In this document: positions 28,723 to 39,384 of the stretch, piece after piece
How the letters are laid out: each line of letters starts with the position of its first letter
Position numbering within the stretch: the first letter of the stretch is position 1
From: Crocinitomicaceae bacterium
GTDB taxonomy: Bacteria > Bacteroidota > Bacteroidia > Flavobacteriales_D > Crocinitomicaceae
Direction of reading: 5' to 3'
Assembly: GCA_044339115.1 (NCBI GenBank)
Contig: JBIIWA010000015.1
Span: 4,818-68,817, forward strand
Length of the DNA: 64,000 nucleotides
Program-made: the position numbers and the translations under genes
Notes under the pieces: generated by a model
What the model was told of the DNA's origin: nothing
The model's input: only the letters and a program-made list of their open reading frames with translations
Database searches by the model: none

Positions 28723-29517
28723 TTACTTAATTGAAAATCGTGATTCAAAGTCTTTTTGTTGCTCTAAAGGTAGGAATAAAAAATCTCCAATCTCCTCTTG
28801 TTTACCGTTTTCTAGAACAAGTTTGAAATCTTTAATTCCGTATTGTAGGTAATTCAATTCAGTGAAATAAGCGACAAATAAAGGAATGCTTTCTTCTGCA
28901 ATTTCAACTTGTACGATTGGTCGATGTTGGATGATTAAATCCTTAATCTCTTGAAATACAATCCATTCGTAACCCTCAATATCACATTTGATATAATCAA
29001 TGCGACTCAAGTTTTTGAATAATTCCGATCCCTTTTTTAAAGAAACATGAGCGGTTTTTTGATTTCCGATTTGTTCTCCATCTCCAATAATATGGGGCAA
29101 TCCTGTTCTCATTACGCCGTTAGATTCCGGTAAAACCATTTCAATAGTCTGCTCCTCATTTCCAAGGGCAACATTGTGTATTTCTACTTGATGAAAGGAT
29201 TTTAAGAAATTTTTCAAGGTGCTGTAAAAGAAAGGAATGGGTTCGATGCAGACTAATTTTCCTTGTGTAGTTTTTCTGGCAAATATTTTAGAGAAATAAC
29301 CGAGATTAGCTCCAATGTCAATTACAGTATAGTCTTCTTTAATTAAAGATTGAACTGCATAGTGAAATTTAAAGCGCTTATCATTTTTTAATATTCCTAA
29401 ATCATATAGAATGAAAAATCCTACATGCATCGCTTTCAAGTAGAGTGCTTGCGGAAGTATGCGGAACAATAACTTTTTAATAGTAAGTATCACTTGCACG
29501 AAAGTACTATTTTTCAT
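28723..29517 (-). CDS. FkbM-family methyltransferase
   Basis: VIDIGANLGYFS SAM-binding motif and IKCDIEGYEW. Confidence 0.75.
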   Translation of the reverse strand: MKNSTFVQVILTIKKLLFRILPQALYLKAMHVGFFILYDLGILKNDKRFKFHYAVQSLIKEDYTVIDIGANLGYFSKIFARKTTQGKLVCIEPIPFFYSTLKNFLKSFHQVEIHNVALGNEEQTIEMVLPESNGVMRTGLPHIIGDGEQIGNQKTAHVSLKKGSELFKNLSRIDYIKCDIEGYEWIVFQEIKDLIIQHRPIVQVEIAEESIPLFVAYFTELNYLQYGIKDFKLVLENGKQEEIGDFLFLPLEQQKDFESRFSIK

Positions 29518-29618
29518 TATAATTTATTCTCTTTTTAAGAAATATGATCTTGAAGAAGACGCAACAATTTGTTACTTGTAATTAATTACAAAGATGTATT
29601 TTTATAAAAAATATTTAA

Positions 29619-31961
29619 ATGAAATTTATTCTAATTTGTTTCTTTGGACTTGCATCTATTTTTGTAGCCTCAGCCCAAGTAAATAAGCCTTCTTTGGAAT
29701 TAAAAAAAATAATGACTGGTCAAGATTTTATTGGTCATTGGCCTGAAAGCTTTTCTTGGTCGGAAAATGGAAAAGAAATTCTTTTTAACTGGAATCATGA
29801 AAATGAAGTAATCAGTCCTATTTATGCTTTCAACTTGCAAAATAAGTCACTTGCTAAGCAAGTTAATAGGAATCAAAAACAACTTTACTTTGATCCTACT
29901 CAGGCAAAATTCATTAATCAAATTGATGTTGCAGACCATAGAGTCTATGTTTATAATAAGCAAACTGCAACTAGAAGTGAACATTTGAATTTTTACGAAG
30001 ACCTGTACAATATTCAGAGGTTGAATAGTGAAGATGAATTTGTTTATGAATGGAATAGCAATTTGTATAAATATAATTTTAAAGTTCCTGGAGGATCCAT
30101 TACGCAATTAACTAGATTGACTAAAGGGTCAAAAAAAGACGAAGCCAAAGACACCAGTTTCTTGGGTCAACAACAGCTGGTTTTATTCAATTATTTAAAA
30201 GAAAAATCAGTAAAAGATAGTTTGATTAAGGCCTATGACGAAAAGTCAAGGTCAAATGAAGTTCCGGTTATAGCTTATGGTGATGGGGAATTATATACCT
30301 TAAAAGTTGATCCCTCATGTAATTTTGTAGTACTTAAAACACATTTCGGAACAGAAACGCCCGCAACGAATGTAGAACAATTCGTAACGGATGATGGATA
30401 CACACAATCTTCAAAAGCTAGAGAAAAGGTAAGTGACAAAGAACCGAATGAAAAAATGGGTATTTTAAATTTACAGAAAGACTCTCTGAAATGGATTGAT
30501 TTTTCAGGTTTGAGTGATATCCGAAGAAAACCATTGTACTTAGATTCAACGGGAAAAGGCTTGTATGCAAATGATCGTTCCCTCTTTATTCATGATCCGG
30601 TATTTTCTTCTTCCAAAAGAACTGCGCTTTTAGATATTCGTTCGGCTGACAATAAAGATCGTTGGATTGCAATACTAGATTGTTCTAATGCTACCATAAA
30701 AGAGCTTGATCACCAGCATGATGAAGCATGGATTGGAGGTCCTGGAATTTCATCTTGGAATGAAAGTGGTGGTACTTTAGCTTGGATAGAAGACGGAGTG
30801 AGTTTTATTTTTCAATCAGAAAAAACGGGTTATTCTCACTTGTATCTATACGAATCGGGTACTACAACACCTTTGACTGAGGGACAATTTGAAGTTTCAG
30901 AGGTGCAAATATCGAGGAATAAAGCTCATTTATATATTACAGCCAACAAAACGCATCCTGGAAATAGAGATTTCTATTCTTTTGAAATAAAGACAAAAAA
31001 ATGGACGTCAATTTTAACGAACGAAGGGTTTCATGAGGTTTCACTTTCTCCGGATGAAAAATATTTAGCCATTCGCTATTCAGATGCCAACCATCCTTGG
31101 GAAATGTATTGGGCGAAAAATATGGAGGATACCAAAATGCAACGCATTACTACTTCAACGACCAAAGAATTTGATGCTTATCCTTGGCGTAATCCAGAGG
31201 TGTTACAATTTAAAGCATCAGATGGAGTAGGGGTTTACGCTCGAATCTATGCGCCAGAGGTTTCGAAAAATAATCATGCGGCGGTTTTGTTTGTTCATGG
31301 TGCAGGATATTTGCAAAATGCACATCATTATTGGAGTAATTATTATCGCGAATATATGTTCCATAATCTATTGGTGGATCAAGGCTATACGGTTCTAGAT
31401 GTTGATTATAGAGCAAGTGAAGGATATGGAAGAGATTATCGAACAGCCATTTATCGTTTTATGGGTGGACGCGATCTACAAGATTTTGTTGATGCTAAAA
31501 AGTTTTTAGTAAGCTCCAAAGGAATTGATTCTAATCGCGTTGGTATTTATGGGGGTTCATACGGTGGTTTCATCACTTTAATGGGATTGTTTACCAGTCC
31601 AAAAACTTTCGCTTGTGGTGCTGCTCTACGTTCAGTAACCGATTGGGCGCATTATAATCATGAATACACCAGTAATATTTTGAACAATCCAGAAACGGAT
31701 CCTGAGGCTTTTATAAAAAGCTCGCCGATTTATTATGCGCAGAATTTAGAAAAACCACTTTTGATTCTTCATGGAATGGTAGATGATAATGTGCAATTTC
31801 AGGATGTGGTGCGATTGAATCAACGTCTAATCGAATTGGGTAAAAAGGATTGGAATATGGCACTTTATCCGGTTGAATCTCATGGTTTTAAAGAGAGTGC
31901 TTCATGGCAGGACGAATACCGAAGAATTTATGAATTGTTCGAATTGAATTTATTAAAATAA
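29619..31961 (+). CDS. S9-family serine peptidase (prolyl oligopeptidase/DPP-like) with N-terminal beta-propeller
   Basis: Signal peptide, nucleophile elbow GGSYGGF, LILHGMVDDNV and ESHGF triad contexts. Confidence 0.85.
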   Translation: MKFILICFFGLASIFVASAQVNKPSLELKKIMTGQDFIGHWPESFSWSENGKEILFNWNHENEVISPIYAFNLQNKSLAKQVNRNQKQLYFDPTQAKFINQIDVADHRVYVYNKQTATRSEHLNFYEDLYNIQRLNSEDEFVYEWNSNLYKYNFKVPGGSITQLTRLTKGSKKDEAKDTSFLGQQQLVLFNYLKEKSVKDSLIKAYDEKSRSNEVPVIAYGDGELYTLKVDPSCNFVVLKTHFGTETPATNVEQFVTDDGYTQSSKAREKVSDKEPNEKMGILNLQKDSLKWIDFSGLSDIRRKPLYLDSTGKGLYANDRSLFIHDPVFSSSKRTALLDIRSADNKDRWIAILDCSNATIKELDHQHDEAWIGGPGISSWNESGGTLAWIEDGVSFIFQSEKTGYSHLYLYESGTTTPLTEGQFEVSEVQISRNKAHLYITANKTHPGNRDFYSFEIKTKKWTSILTNEGFHEVSLSPDEKYLAIRYSDANHPWEMYWAKNMEDTKMQRITTSTTKEFDAYPWRNPEVLQFKASDGVGVYARIYAPEVSKNNHAAVLFVHGAGYLQNAHHYWSNYYREYMFHNLLVDQGYTVLDVDYRASEGYGRDYRTAIYRFMGGRDLQDFVDAKKFLVSSKGIDSNRVGIYGGSYGGFITLMGLFTSPKTFACGAALRSVTDWAHYNHEYTSNILNNPETDPEAFIKSSPIYYAQNLEKPLLILHGMVDDNVQFQDVVRLNQRLIELGKKDWNMALYPVESHGFKESASWQDEYRRIYELFELNLLK

Positions 31962-31967
31962 CACTTT

Positions 31968-32408
31968 ATGCATACCGTTAGGGAATTAAATGATAAACAA
32001 GAAATGTTGGATCAGATTTCAGTCATTCAAGAGTTGTATCCTTCTTTAACACTGGAGGAATATGGAAATGAATTAGATTTCATGTTGCCCCTTAATTACG
32101 GTCAAGTCGCTGTATTTGAGGATGCGAAATGTGTTGGAATCAGTGGTTATTGGATAGGAAGTAAATTGTGGTGCGGTAAATATCTAGAGTTGGATAATAT
32201 TATTGTGGTAGAAAAAGCAAGAAGTTCAGGGGTAGGGCAACTTATTTTTGATTTTCTTCAAAAGAAAGCAAGTGAAGCGAACTGTAATTTTATGTCCTTA
32301 GATTCTTACACACAAAATTTCAAAGCGCATAAATTCTTTTATAATAATGAATTTAGTCCCAAAGGATTTCATTTTATAAAATTTCTAAATCCTGAAAAAG
32401 TACGTTGA
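31968..32408 (+). CDS. GNAT-family N-acetyltransferase
   Basis: 146 aa. IVVEKARSSGVGQLIFDFL matches the acetyl-CoA-binding motif A pattern. Confidence 0.7.
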   Translation: MHTVRELNDKQEMLDQISVIQELYPSLTLEEYGNELDFMLPLNYGQVAVFEDAKCVGISGYWIGSKLWCGKYLELDNIIVVEKARSSGVGQLIFDFLQKKASEANCNFMSLDSYTQNFKAHKFFYNNEFSPKGFHFIKFLNPEKVR

Positions 32409-32431
32409 ATAGATTTGAATTCAAGCAAGGA

Positions 32432-33718
32432 TTATCCTTCTACGGTCTCCTTTTTTTCTTCGAGAAGTAATTTTTCTTTTCTCTCTTTTGCTTCTTTATC
32501 TTCTTTATCCTTTTGCTTCTTATTATGAGCATCAAGATGCTTGTTTTTCTTTTCAAGTTCTTTTACGGGAACAAATCCAATTCCTGTTAACGGAAATAAG
32601 TCTTGAAGTTCACCACTATAATAGAACTCATAACACAATCCTCCAAAAGTATAAGGTTTTCCTCCAACCTTAAAGTTCGATCCACCAACCTCTGGATTTT
32701 TCTTCGGTTTACTTTTTTGATACCCTAGGTTATAAAGTGTTCCTAAGATTTCTGGTCTATTGGCGAGTGTGAAACCATTTCTTTCCCAATGTGCTTGAAA
32801 TTGTCTTAAGAAAAATGCAGTATATAGGTAAGAATAATAGTGATCTCCACCTTTAATAAGTCTTTGGATGGTTTTGTATTTGTGGGCAGCAATAGTATCA
32901 TTAACCAATTCAGGAAAGGAATCGTTGACATTTACACATTTTTGAAAATAATCACCTGCATAAAACGAACTTGATTTATCAAATAAATTACTTTCGATTT
33001 TTAATGCAGTATGTTGTAAGATACCAGTTACCCCGTAGCCTCTGTTCGTAGGTAAAATAATATGGTTAAAAGGAACAACATATTTTTTAAATTGCTCACG
33101 ACCTGAATTAAACATGCGCATTTGTTCACCAACCAAACACATTACAATGAGTCTGGATTCAACACCGGTTAAACGAGAAACAGAATCTATGGCTTTCTTA
33201 TCTGCTTTTATGATAGCACTAAATTCTTTCCATTCTTTGTAATTCGCCCAAGGATATAATGAAATTGTTTTTATGTTCGATTTTGCTTTAATGTTAGCAA
33301 TCTCGCTTTGATAGGCTTTGTTTTTTCGCATGCGTAAATCAACCGCATCAATCATACGCAAAGCAACCGTAATGTCTGAAGAAATGTGATACGCCTCTGT
33401 GATTATTTTGGCATTAATTGGATAGTATTTGGCCAAAACGCCTAATTTTCTGAACATTATATATTCATTTTTGGCAATAGAAAGACTATCAGTTTTAAAT
33501 CCCTGATTGTACTTATCTGCCATTTGGGCAAAATAACGACTGTTAAGATCGACAGACCCATTGTCATTGGTCCATTTAAACTTTACAGCAATAGCGGTAA
33601 AAATAAGAAAAGCAGCAACTGCTGCCAGCAAATGAATTATAAAAAAGTATGAAAAACGTAAGGCACGCTTAACACCTGATTTCTTTACTGACTTGTTATT
33701 TCCGTCAACTGTTTGCAT
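32432..33718 (-). CDS. hypothetical membrane-anchored protein with K/E-rich C-terminal tail
   Basis: Single N-terminal TM (FFIIHLLAAVAAFLIFTAIAV). No confident domain; GVTGILQH is only vaguely transglycosylase-like. Confidence 0.45.
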   Translation of the reverse strand: MQTVDGNNKSVKKSGVKRALRFSYFFIIHLLAAVAAFLIFTAIAVKFKWTNDNGSVDLNSRYFAQMADKYNQGFKTDSLSIAKNEYIMFRKLGVLAKYYPINAKIITEAYHISSDITVALRMIDAVDLRMRKNKAYQSEIANIKAKSNIKTISLYPWANYKEWKEFSAIIKADKKAIDSVSRLTGVESRLIVMCLVGEQMRMFNSGREQFKKYVVPFNHIILPTNRGYGVTGILQHTALKIESNLFDKSSSFYAGDYFQKCVNVNDSFPELVNDTIAAHKYKTIQRLIKGGDHYYSYLYTAFFLRQFQAHWERNGFTLANRPEILGTLYNLGYQKSKPKKNPEVGGSNFKVGGKPYTFGGLCYEFYYSGELQDLFPLTGIGFVPVKELEKKNKHLDAHNKKQKDKEDKEAKERKEKLLLEEKKETVEG

Positions 33719-33799
33719 TTAATTCAATATTTAATAGCAAAAGTAGCGTATTAATAACCATTTTTTGAAAAAATATAAATAAATGAAATAAGATGAAAT

Positions 33800-33826
33800 A
33801 AAAAAGGCGGCAAAAGCCGCCTTTAA
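33800..33826 (-). terminator. rho-independent terminator downstream of 33842-34546
   Basis: GGCGGC-loop-GCCGCC hairpin (33806-33821), followed on the minus strand by a T run (33800-33805 region). Confidence 0.75.
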
Positions 33827-33841
33827 ATAATACTTCTATAC

Positions 33842-34546
33842 TTAGAATCTCCATCCTAATCTAAGGGCAGCATTTGCTTGACCAAGTGTAGTGTACGTTT
33901 GAGTGTAAGATGCTGTTGTTGCATCATAAACTGACACACCATTCATTAATACACTTGTAGTTCCATCATCATAAGACATTTTAGACCATCCGAATCCGAG
34001 CTCCATTCCTACGTAGATATTTTCAGCTACATAGTAATCTAAACCAGCGCCTAAATTAAATCCAAAAGTTGAATAAGAACCATCTACCGCAGCTGTTAAA
34101 CCTGCAGAATAAACAGGAGCAGATCCACTTCCGTCGAAATTAGTCCATGTTTCGCTGTAAGAACCATTTCCAAATCCAACACCTCCAGAAAAATAAGGAG
34201 ACATTCTGTCTGTTCCAGTTAAATGGTATTCTCCACCAATCCCAACATTAATAGAACTTCTTTTAATGTCTTGAGTACCCATCTCTGCTGTAGTAGTACC
34301 ATAAACATTATTACTTTCAGTACTAGGCGCTGGTGCACCACTTCCGAAGTCAACAGTCAATCGAGCAGCAATATTGTCCTTAACAAAATACCTCATCCTT
34401 AATGATGGAGCACTCCAGTTTAGACCGTCATTACCATTGTAATTCACAATTCCTTCCAATGAGAATGGATTGTCAGCCGTAGCTTTTTGCGCGAACATTG
34501 TACCTGACAATGTAAGAGCACTTACTAAAATCATTAATCTTTTCAT
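33842..34546 (-). CDS. outer-membrane beta-barrel (OmpA-N/porin-like) protein
   Basis: Signal peptide, alternating aromatic/glycine beta-strand pattern, and C-terminal LRLGWRF. Confidence 0.7.
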   Translation of the reverse strand: MKRLMILVSALTLSGTMFAQKATADNPFSLEGIVNYNGNDGLNWSAPSLRMRYFVKDNIAARLTVDFGSGAPAPSTESNNVYGTTTAEMGTQDIKRSSINVGIGGEYHLTGTDRMSPYFSGGVGFGNGSYSETWTNFDGSGSAPVYSAGLTAAVDGSYSTFGFNLGAGLDYYVAENIYVGMELGFGWSKMSYDDGTTSVLMNGVSVYDATTASYTQTYTTLGQANAALRLGWRF

Positions 34547-34717
34547 AGTAAAAAATTTAATTTGTTTAACTAAATGTATTTGATATTCAGCAGTTGTAAA
34601 ACACGAACGACATTCTCTATTAACATCAAAATGTTAACAATGAAGAAAAACGCTAAATAGTTTAGTGTTATAAATGTTAAATTTTGTAATTTCACCTCCA
34701 AATTAAAACTAAATCAA

Positions 34718-35974
34718 ATGTCTAAAATCTCCATTTTTCTTTTTCTTAGCGTCTTTACTGTATCATTAAATGCTCAAAACATCAAATCAGAGGATCTAAC
34801 CTATAGTTTTGTTAAACTTCCATCCAAACCGGTAATGCCAAAAGTTGAAAATTATCTTTCTACCATTACCTCGGCTTATGAGGCAGAAAATAACAAATTA
34901 ACAGCTCAATTTGAAGCTGATAAAGCTAGAGCAGAGGCAGATTATCAAAGAGAAATGGCTGACTATCCAGTTAAAGTTAAAGCTGCGGACGACAAGTATG
35001 CTAAAGAAATGGAAGCTTGGAATGAAAAATCTACTGCTTCAAAAATACTTGAAAAACAATTATTAAATGAGAATAATCGTCCTGTAAAAGATTATGTTGC
35101 TAATCCATATAGAAGAACAATTACTCCGCCTGTATTAAAAACAAGTTATGATTACCCAGCTTTAGCATCTACTTATCTAAGAATAGATGGTTACAAAAAA
35201 GCAGATATGAATGCTTTAAGTTATTTAGTTACTTTACAAGGATTTGAGCATTCTCAACCTACTATGAAATCAGAAGTTAAAAAAGAAGTTTCTCGTGTTA
35301 ATAATGTTTCAACAGAAACTTCAGTTACCTATTATTATGTCGAATATACTTACCGTCATCCTATGTCGGTTCGTGTAGCCAATGCTAACAATCAAGAAAT
35401 TATATATTTGGCTCCAATGGAGTTAACAACTTATAAAACTTATAAATCTACTGCTTCTAAAGTTGCACCTTCTAGTGATTTCTCTGGTCTATTAAGATTA
35501 AGTGAGGAAGCCATCTTAAAGGAAAATTTAACTTTTATCAATCATTTAGTAAATGATCAAATTGGATTTGAAGTTACACCAAGAACTACCTCTTTGGATT
35601 ATGTGAAATCTAAAAATGATGCACACGCAGATGTAATGGAGGCATATAACAATCAAATGACTGGATTAAAGTCATTGACAGTTAATGAAACCCTTGCAAC
35701 TCAAAAATTAACTGCTGCTATTGATGCTTACACTAAAATATTATTAGAGTCTGATTTGCTTGACAAAAAAGCTAGAATTGATAAAGATGTGACTGTTTCA
35801 ATTTATTTTAACATGTTAGAAGCTTATTTTGCGATGAGAAAAACTACAGAAGCTGAAGCCATTATGGCAACTTTATCTCAATTAGATCTTTCTAACAAAG
35901 AGAAGAAGTTTAAAGAGAAATATGCAGAAGCGTTTTTAGATTTAACCAATCGCAAAGCAGTAAACGGTTTATAA
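34718..35974 (+). CDS. hypothetical secreted protein
   Basis: Signal peptide MSKISIFLFLSVFTVSLNAQ. No motif recognised. Confidence 0.5.
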   Translation: MSKISIFLFLSVFTVSLNAQNIKSEDLTYSFVKLPSKPVMPKVENYLSTITSAYEAENNKLTAQFEADKARAEADYQREMADYPVKVKAADDKYAKEMEAWNEKSTASKILEKQLLNENNRPVKDYVANPYRRTITPPVLKTSYDYPALASTYLRIDGYKKADMNALSYLVTLQGFEHSQPTMKSEVKKEVSRVNNVSTETSVTYYYVEYTYRHPMSVRVANANNQEIIYLAPMELTTYKTYKSTASKVAPSSDFSGLLRLSEEAILKENLTFINHLVNDQIGFEVTPRTTSLDYVKSKNDAHADVMEAYNNQMTGLKSLTVNETLATQKLTAAIDAYTKILLESDLLDKKARIDKDVTVSIYFNMLEAYFAMRKTTEAEAIMATLSQLDLSNKEKKFKEKYAEAFLDLTNRKAVNGL

Positions 35975-36001
35975 TTAATTGCTTCGTCTTAATTCAAAGT
36001 T

Positions 36002-36394
36002 ATGTTGAAATTGAGTTCTTTACTGTTATTTCTGGGGATATTTCTATCATTTAATTCCTTTAGTCAAAACTATTTAAATAAAGATTACAGCAATCCTTAT
36101 TTTCAAATCATTGACAGGTCTGACTCCAGTATTACCATTCATATGGATATTGAATCAGATGAAATTCATGCATGCTACTCTCCAGATTTTATATGTACAC
36201 TAAGTTCAGATGGTAATTACTATTGTTTTACCGCAGAAGAGGGAGATATGGAAAATGTTATTATCATGTATGGAAAAGAAATGATTGAAGGAACTGACGA
36301 TCCAAAGAAGTTGGTTTATAAATCTACCGGCTACATAGGACATGCTTGTGATGTTCCTGTTGCAACTTATCTATGGGATGCAATGGGTGACTAA
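36002..36394 (+). CDS. hypothetical secreted protein
   Basis: Signal-peptide-like N-terminus, 130 aa. Confidence 0.45.
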   Translation: MLKLSSLLLFLGIFLSFNSFSQNYLNKDYSNPYFQIIDRSDSSITIHMDIESDEIHACYSPDFICTLSSDGNYYCFTAEEGDMENVIIMYGKEMIEGTDDPKKLVYKSTGYIGHACDVPVATYLWDAMGD

Positions 36395-36405
36395 TTCATT
36401 TAATT

Positions 36406-37296
36406 TCATCGTGACTTTGGCTTGCGGGAAGTATTTTTCTTAGCGCCTGATCTGCTGTCATTTTTTTTAGGAGGTCTCCCGAATTTAGAATTCGTTGAAT
36501 GTGGTGTGAATGCCTTTGTGGTTCGATTGTTTCCCGCAGATGGAGTGACTTTTTTGACGCTAGGTTTTTTAGCAGTTTTCTTCACCTCTTCATTGCTGGA
36601 GTCTTCCAATAAACCATAAATAATTTCCAATTCACTATCGCTTAAGTCTCTCCATTCTCCAAGTGGAATGCCTTTTAAATCGATATTCATTATGCGCACA
36701 CGTTCCAACTTAATGACATCATAGTCGAAATGCTCGCACATACGTCGTATTTGCCTATTCAAACCTTGTATTAAGGTAATTCTAAAAATATTTGGACCTT
36801 CTTGTGTGATTTTACACTTCTTAGTATTTACTCCTAAAATAGGGACTCCATTGGCCATGGAGGTAATCATGGCAGGGGTTAATGGTTTGTTTACGGTGAC
36901 TAAATATTCTTTTTCATGTTTATTTCCAGCCCTTAATATCTTATTGATCACATCACCGTCATTCGTCAAAAAGATAAGACCTTGAGAATCTTTATCCAAT
37001 CGTCCAATAGGAAAAATTCTTTTGCTATGATTAACGAATTGCACAATATTATCGTGGACATTCTCCTCAGTAGTGGAGGTAACCCCAACTGGTTTGTTTA
37101 AAGCAATAAAAACAATGTCATCACCTTCTCTGGGCTCTAGATGTTGACCATTAACACAAACTTTGTCGCCAATTTTTACTTGGTCACCAATCACAGCTTT
37201 GCGCTTATTAATCAATACCAATCCACGCTCAATAAATCGATCTGCCTCGCGTCTAGAACAGAGACCACTTTCACTAATAAATTTATTGAGGCGCAT
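36406..37296 (-). CDS. RsuA/RluF-type rRNA pseudouridine synthase with basic C-terminal tail
   Basis: S4 domain [22 protein letters not shown], catalytic [17 protein letters not shown], and a K/R-rich tail. Confidence 0.85.
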   Translation of the reverse strand: MRLNKFISESGLCSRREADRFIERGLVLINKRKAVIGDQVKIGDKVCVNGQHLEPREGDDIVFIALNKPVGVTSTTEENVHDNIVQFVNHSKRIFPIGRLDKDSQGLIFLTNDGDVINKILRAGNKHEKEYLVTVNKPLTPAMITSMANGVPILGVNTKKCKITQEGPNIFRITLIQGLNRQIRRMCEHFDYDVIKLERVRIMNIDLKGIPLGEWRDLSDSELEIIYGLLEDSSNEEVKKTAKKPSVKKVTPSAGNNRTTKAFTPHSTNSKFGRPPKKNDSRSGAKKNTSRKPKSR

Positions 37297-37551
37297 TTAT
37301 TTGGTTATTCTTTAATTATTACAACAGTGTAAAATTACTATTTTTCAAATCTATTGGATAGTTTATAAAATTCCTATTTAGAGTTCGAAACTAAGAAATT
37401 CTAATGTAATTGTCTAGTTCAATAGTATGAAGTTCTTCACAATAAACAGAGAATATAAGTTATATTATTTTTCAAGAGAAACTAAATGGTTGAATTAATA
37501 TGAATTATTACATTTTATTGATAATTTTGAAAATATTAAATTATCTTGTTT

Positions 37552-38166
37552 ATGAAAAAATTAAGCGTAATACTTTCGATCTTTAGTTTGTTTCTTTTAA
37601 TTACTGAGAATCTTTATGCTCAATCAATCGGACAAACAAAAAGAATGTCTGTTAATTTTGTTCGACTCGATAATGAATCTCAAATTGGAGGGTATATATT
37701 TACAGATCTTTCAAATAATAGAGAATTAAATCTGACAAGTAATCAAACGGTCAGTTTACCCGGTTTTTATGAGGGGATTTCTCTAGAATCAATCGAGGAT
37801 TACGCGAACAAAAATTTAGTTATAGACATGATTTATATGCATCACTTATGCAATGAAGGTTCATATAATTACAGCTGTTTAGATTGGGTTATCACCGGCA
37901 TACATCCAGAGGGAACACCAAAATCTACTAAAAAAATTATTTTACCTAAAATTGGAAAAATTATTGATCCTGATGGATATGTTAATGTGCGTTCTCAAAT
38001 GAATGTAAAGTCCTCTATTGTCGGAAAATTAGAGCCGATGACTACAGAAGAGTGTTTTTATTTCTATCGATCTCCAGATATAAATTGGTTCAAAGTTGAT
38101 TTTGATTACGATGGAGTTAGCTTTAAGGGGTATATTCATGCTTCACGCGTAAAAATTGTTCATTAG
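37552..38166 (+). CDS. hypothetical secreted protein with C-terminal SH3b-like domain
   Basis: Signal peptide MKKLSVILSIFSLFLL. GYVNVRSQMNVKSSIVGKL...WFKVDF...GYIHASRV resembles bacterial SH3. ATG at 37552 is preferred to the TTG at 37546. Confidence 0.5.
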   Translation: MKKLSVILSIFSLFLLITENLYAQSIGQTKRMSVNFVRLDNESQIGGYIFTDLSNNRELNLTSNQTVSLPGFYEGISLESIEDYANKNLVIDMIYMHHLCNEGSYNYSCLDWVITGIHPEGTPKSTKKIILPKIGKIIDPDGYVNVRSQMNVKSSIVGKLEPMTTEECFYFYRSPDINWFKVDFDYDGVSFKGYIHASRVKIVH

Positions 38167-38253
38167 AATAATTTTAATAATAAAAAAAAAGAAAAGCACC
38201 AGGGGTTGGGATAGATATAAAGATTTAAAGTAGCGTGTTAACATTCATACAAA

Positions 38254-39171
38254 ATGAAGAAGAGGAGTTTAGACAAGTTAATTTTATTTTATTTAAGTTC
38301 CAGCTTATATACTTTTCGTATAAAATTAATAATCGTGCCTGCCTTCTTGTTTATATCATACCTTAACTTTTCCCAGTCGGAGTCGATAGTAATTAACCCT
38401 TCCTTAATCTACATGAATGTCTATGATATAGTGGACACTACAGTTTCTTCCTATACCCCTTTTGGGTGTGCCACAAAATCCTATAAACTCGATGTTGATC
38501 AAAATAATGTTACTGACTTTACGCTAAGCACTTCATGTTATATGGGGGGGTCCGGAGGGGATAGGAAAATTTCTTTAAGTTCATCAGACAGCAGTTACTT
38601 TGCTATAGATACCAATGTTATAGATACGATAGGTTCTGTTTTTTCAGGTCAAATTGTATATTATCCTGCAATATTTTCATTGGTAAAAGAACTTGAAGAT
38701 AATGACACCGTTTGGATGGTGCAATGCAATCAGCAGGCGCTGACAAACATAGCCTATTATTCCTATGGTAATTACCCCAGTTTTATCAGTTATCATTCCA
38801 TGGATTCATGGATATCTGGTGACCATTACATCGGGTTTCGAAAGAAAATTCATGGGCTTAATCACCTGGGTTGGATTAAGTTAAATGTATCAAATTACCA
38901 TCAATTTACAGTGAAGGAATATGCCCTGAGTTTTTTGGATTCCCCAATTAAAATATATCCTAATCCTGTAGTTGACAATTTAACAATACAATGTGGTTAT
39001 TTGGAAAACTCAGATGTTAAGGTATACAATGTTTTAGGGGAAATTGTCCTTCAAAGCAAATTAGTAAAAGGTTTGAATCAGGTTGATTTAAGTGAATTGC
39101 GTCATGGTGTGTATTCTCTTCAAGTTTCAGGTTTGGATTATTTGATTCAAAAACAAATTGTTAAGTTGTGA
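38254..39171 (+). CDS. T9SS C-terminal-sorting-domain protein
   Basis: C-terminal IKIYPNPVVDNLTIQ...VKVYNVLGEIV...GVYSLQV is a Por_Secre_tail-type domain. Confidence 0.7.
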   Translation: MKKRSLDKLILFYLSSSLYTFRIKLIIVPAFLFISYLNFSQSESIVINPSLIYMNVYDIVDTTVSSYTPFGCATKSYKLDVDQNNVTDFTLSTSCYMGGSGGDRKISLSSSDSSYFAIDTNVIDTIGSVFSGQIVYYPAIFSLVKELEDNDTVWMVQCNQQALTNIAYYSYGNYPSFISYHSMDSWISGDHYIGFRKKIHGLNHLGWIKLNVSNYHQFTVKEYALSFLDSPIKIYPNPVVDNLTIQCGYLENSDVKVYNVLGEIVLQSKLVKGLNQVDLSELRHGVYSLQVSGLDYLIQKQIVKL

Positions 39172-39181
39172 TTTTTAAGTT

Positions 39182-39364
39182 TTACAAGTAGGCTCTTGCA
39201 AGTTCTGAGCAAATTGTTGCACATTCTTTACATGCCTCAGCACATTCTTTGCAGGAACCCCCGAAATCAATATGGAGCCATAAAGAAGCAAAATCGAGCG
39301 ATAGAATTTTCTGTATTAATTTACTATTTACCGTGAAAAAATGTATATTTGAATGTATTTTCAC
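39182..39364 (-). pseudogene. possible remnant of a Cys-rich four-helix-bundle (DUF326-like) protein
   Basis: Only the last ~25 aa (CKECAEACKECATICSELARAY) resemble the CxxCAxxCxxCAxxC repeats. The upstream part is unrelated, and the ORF is squeezed against the Fic start. Confidence 0.25.
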
Positions 39365-39384
39365 GACAAATATAGCGTCAAGTA

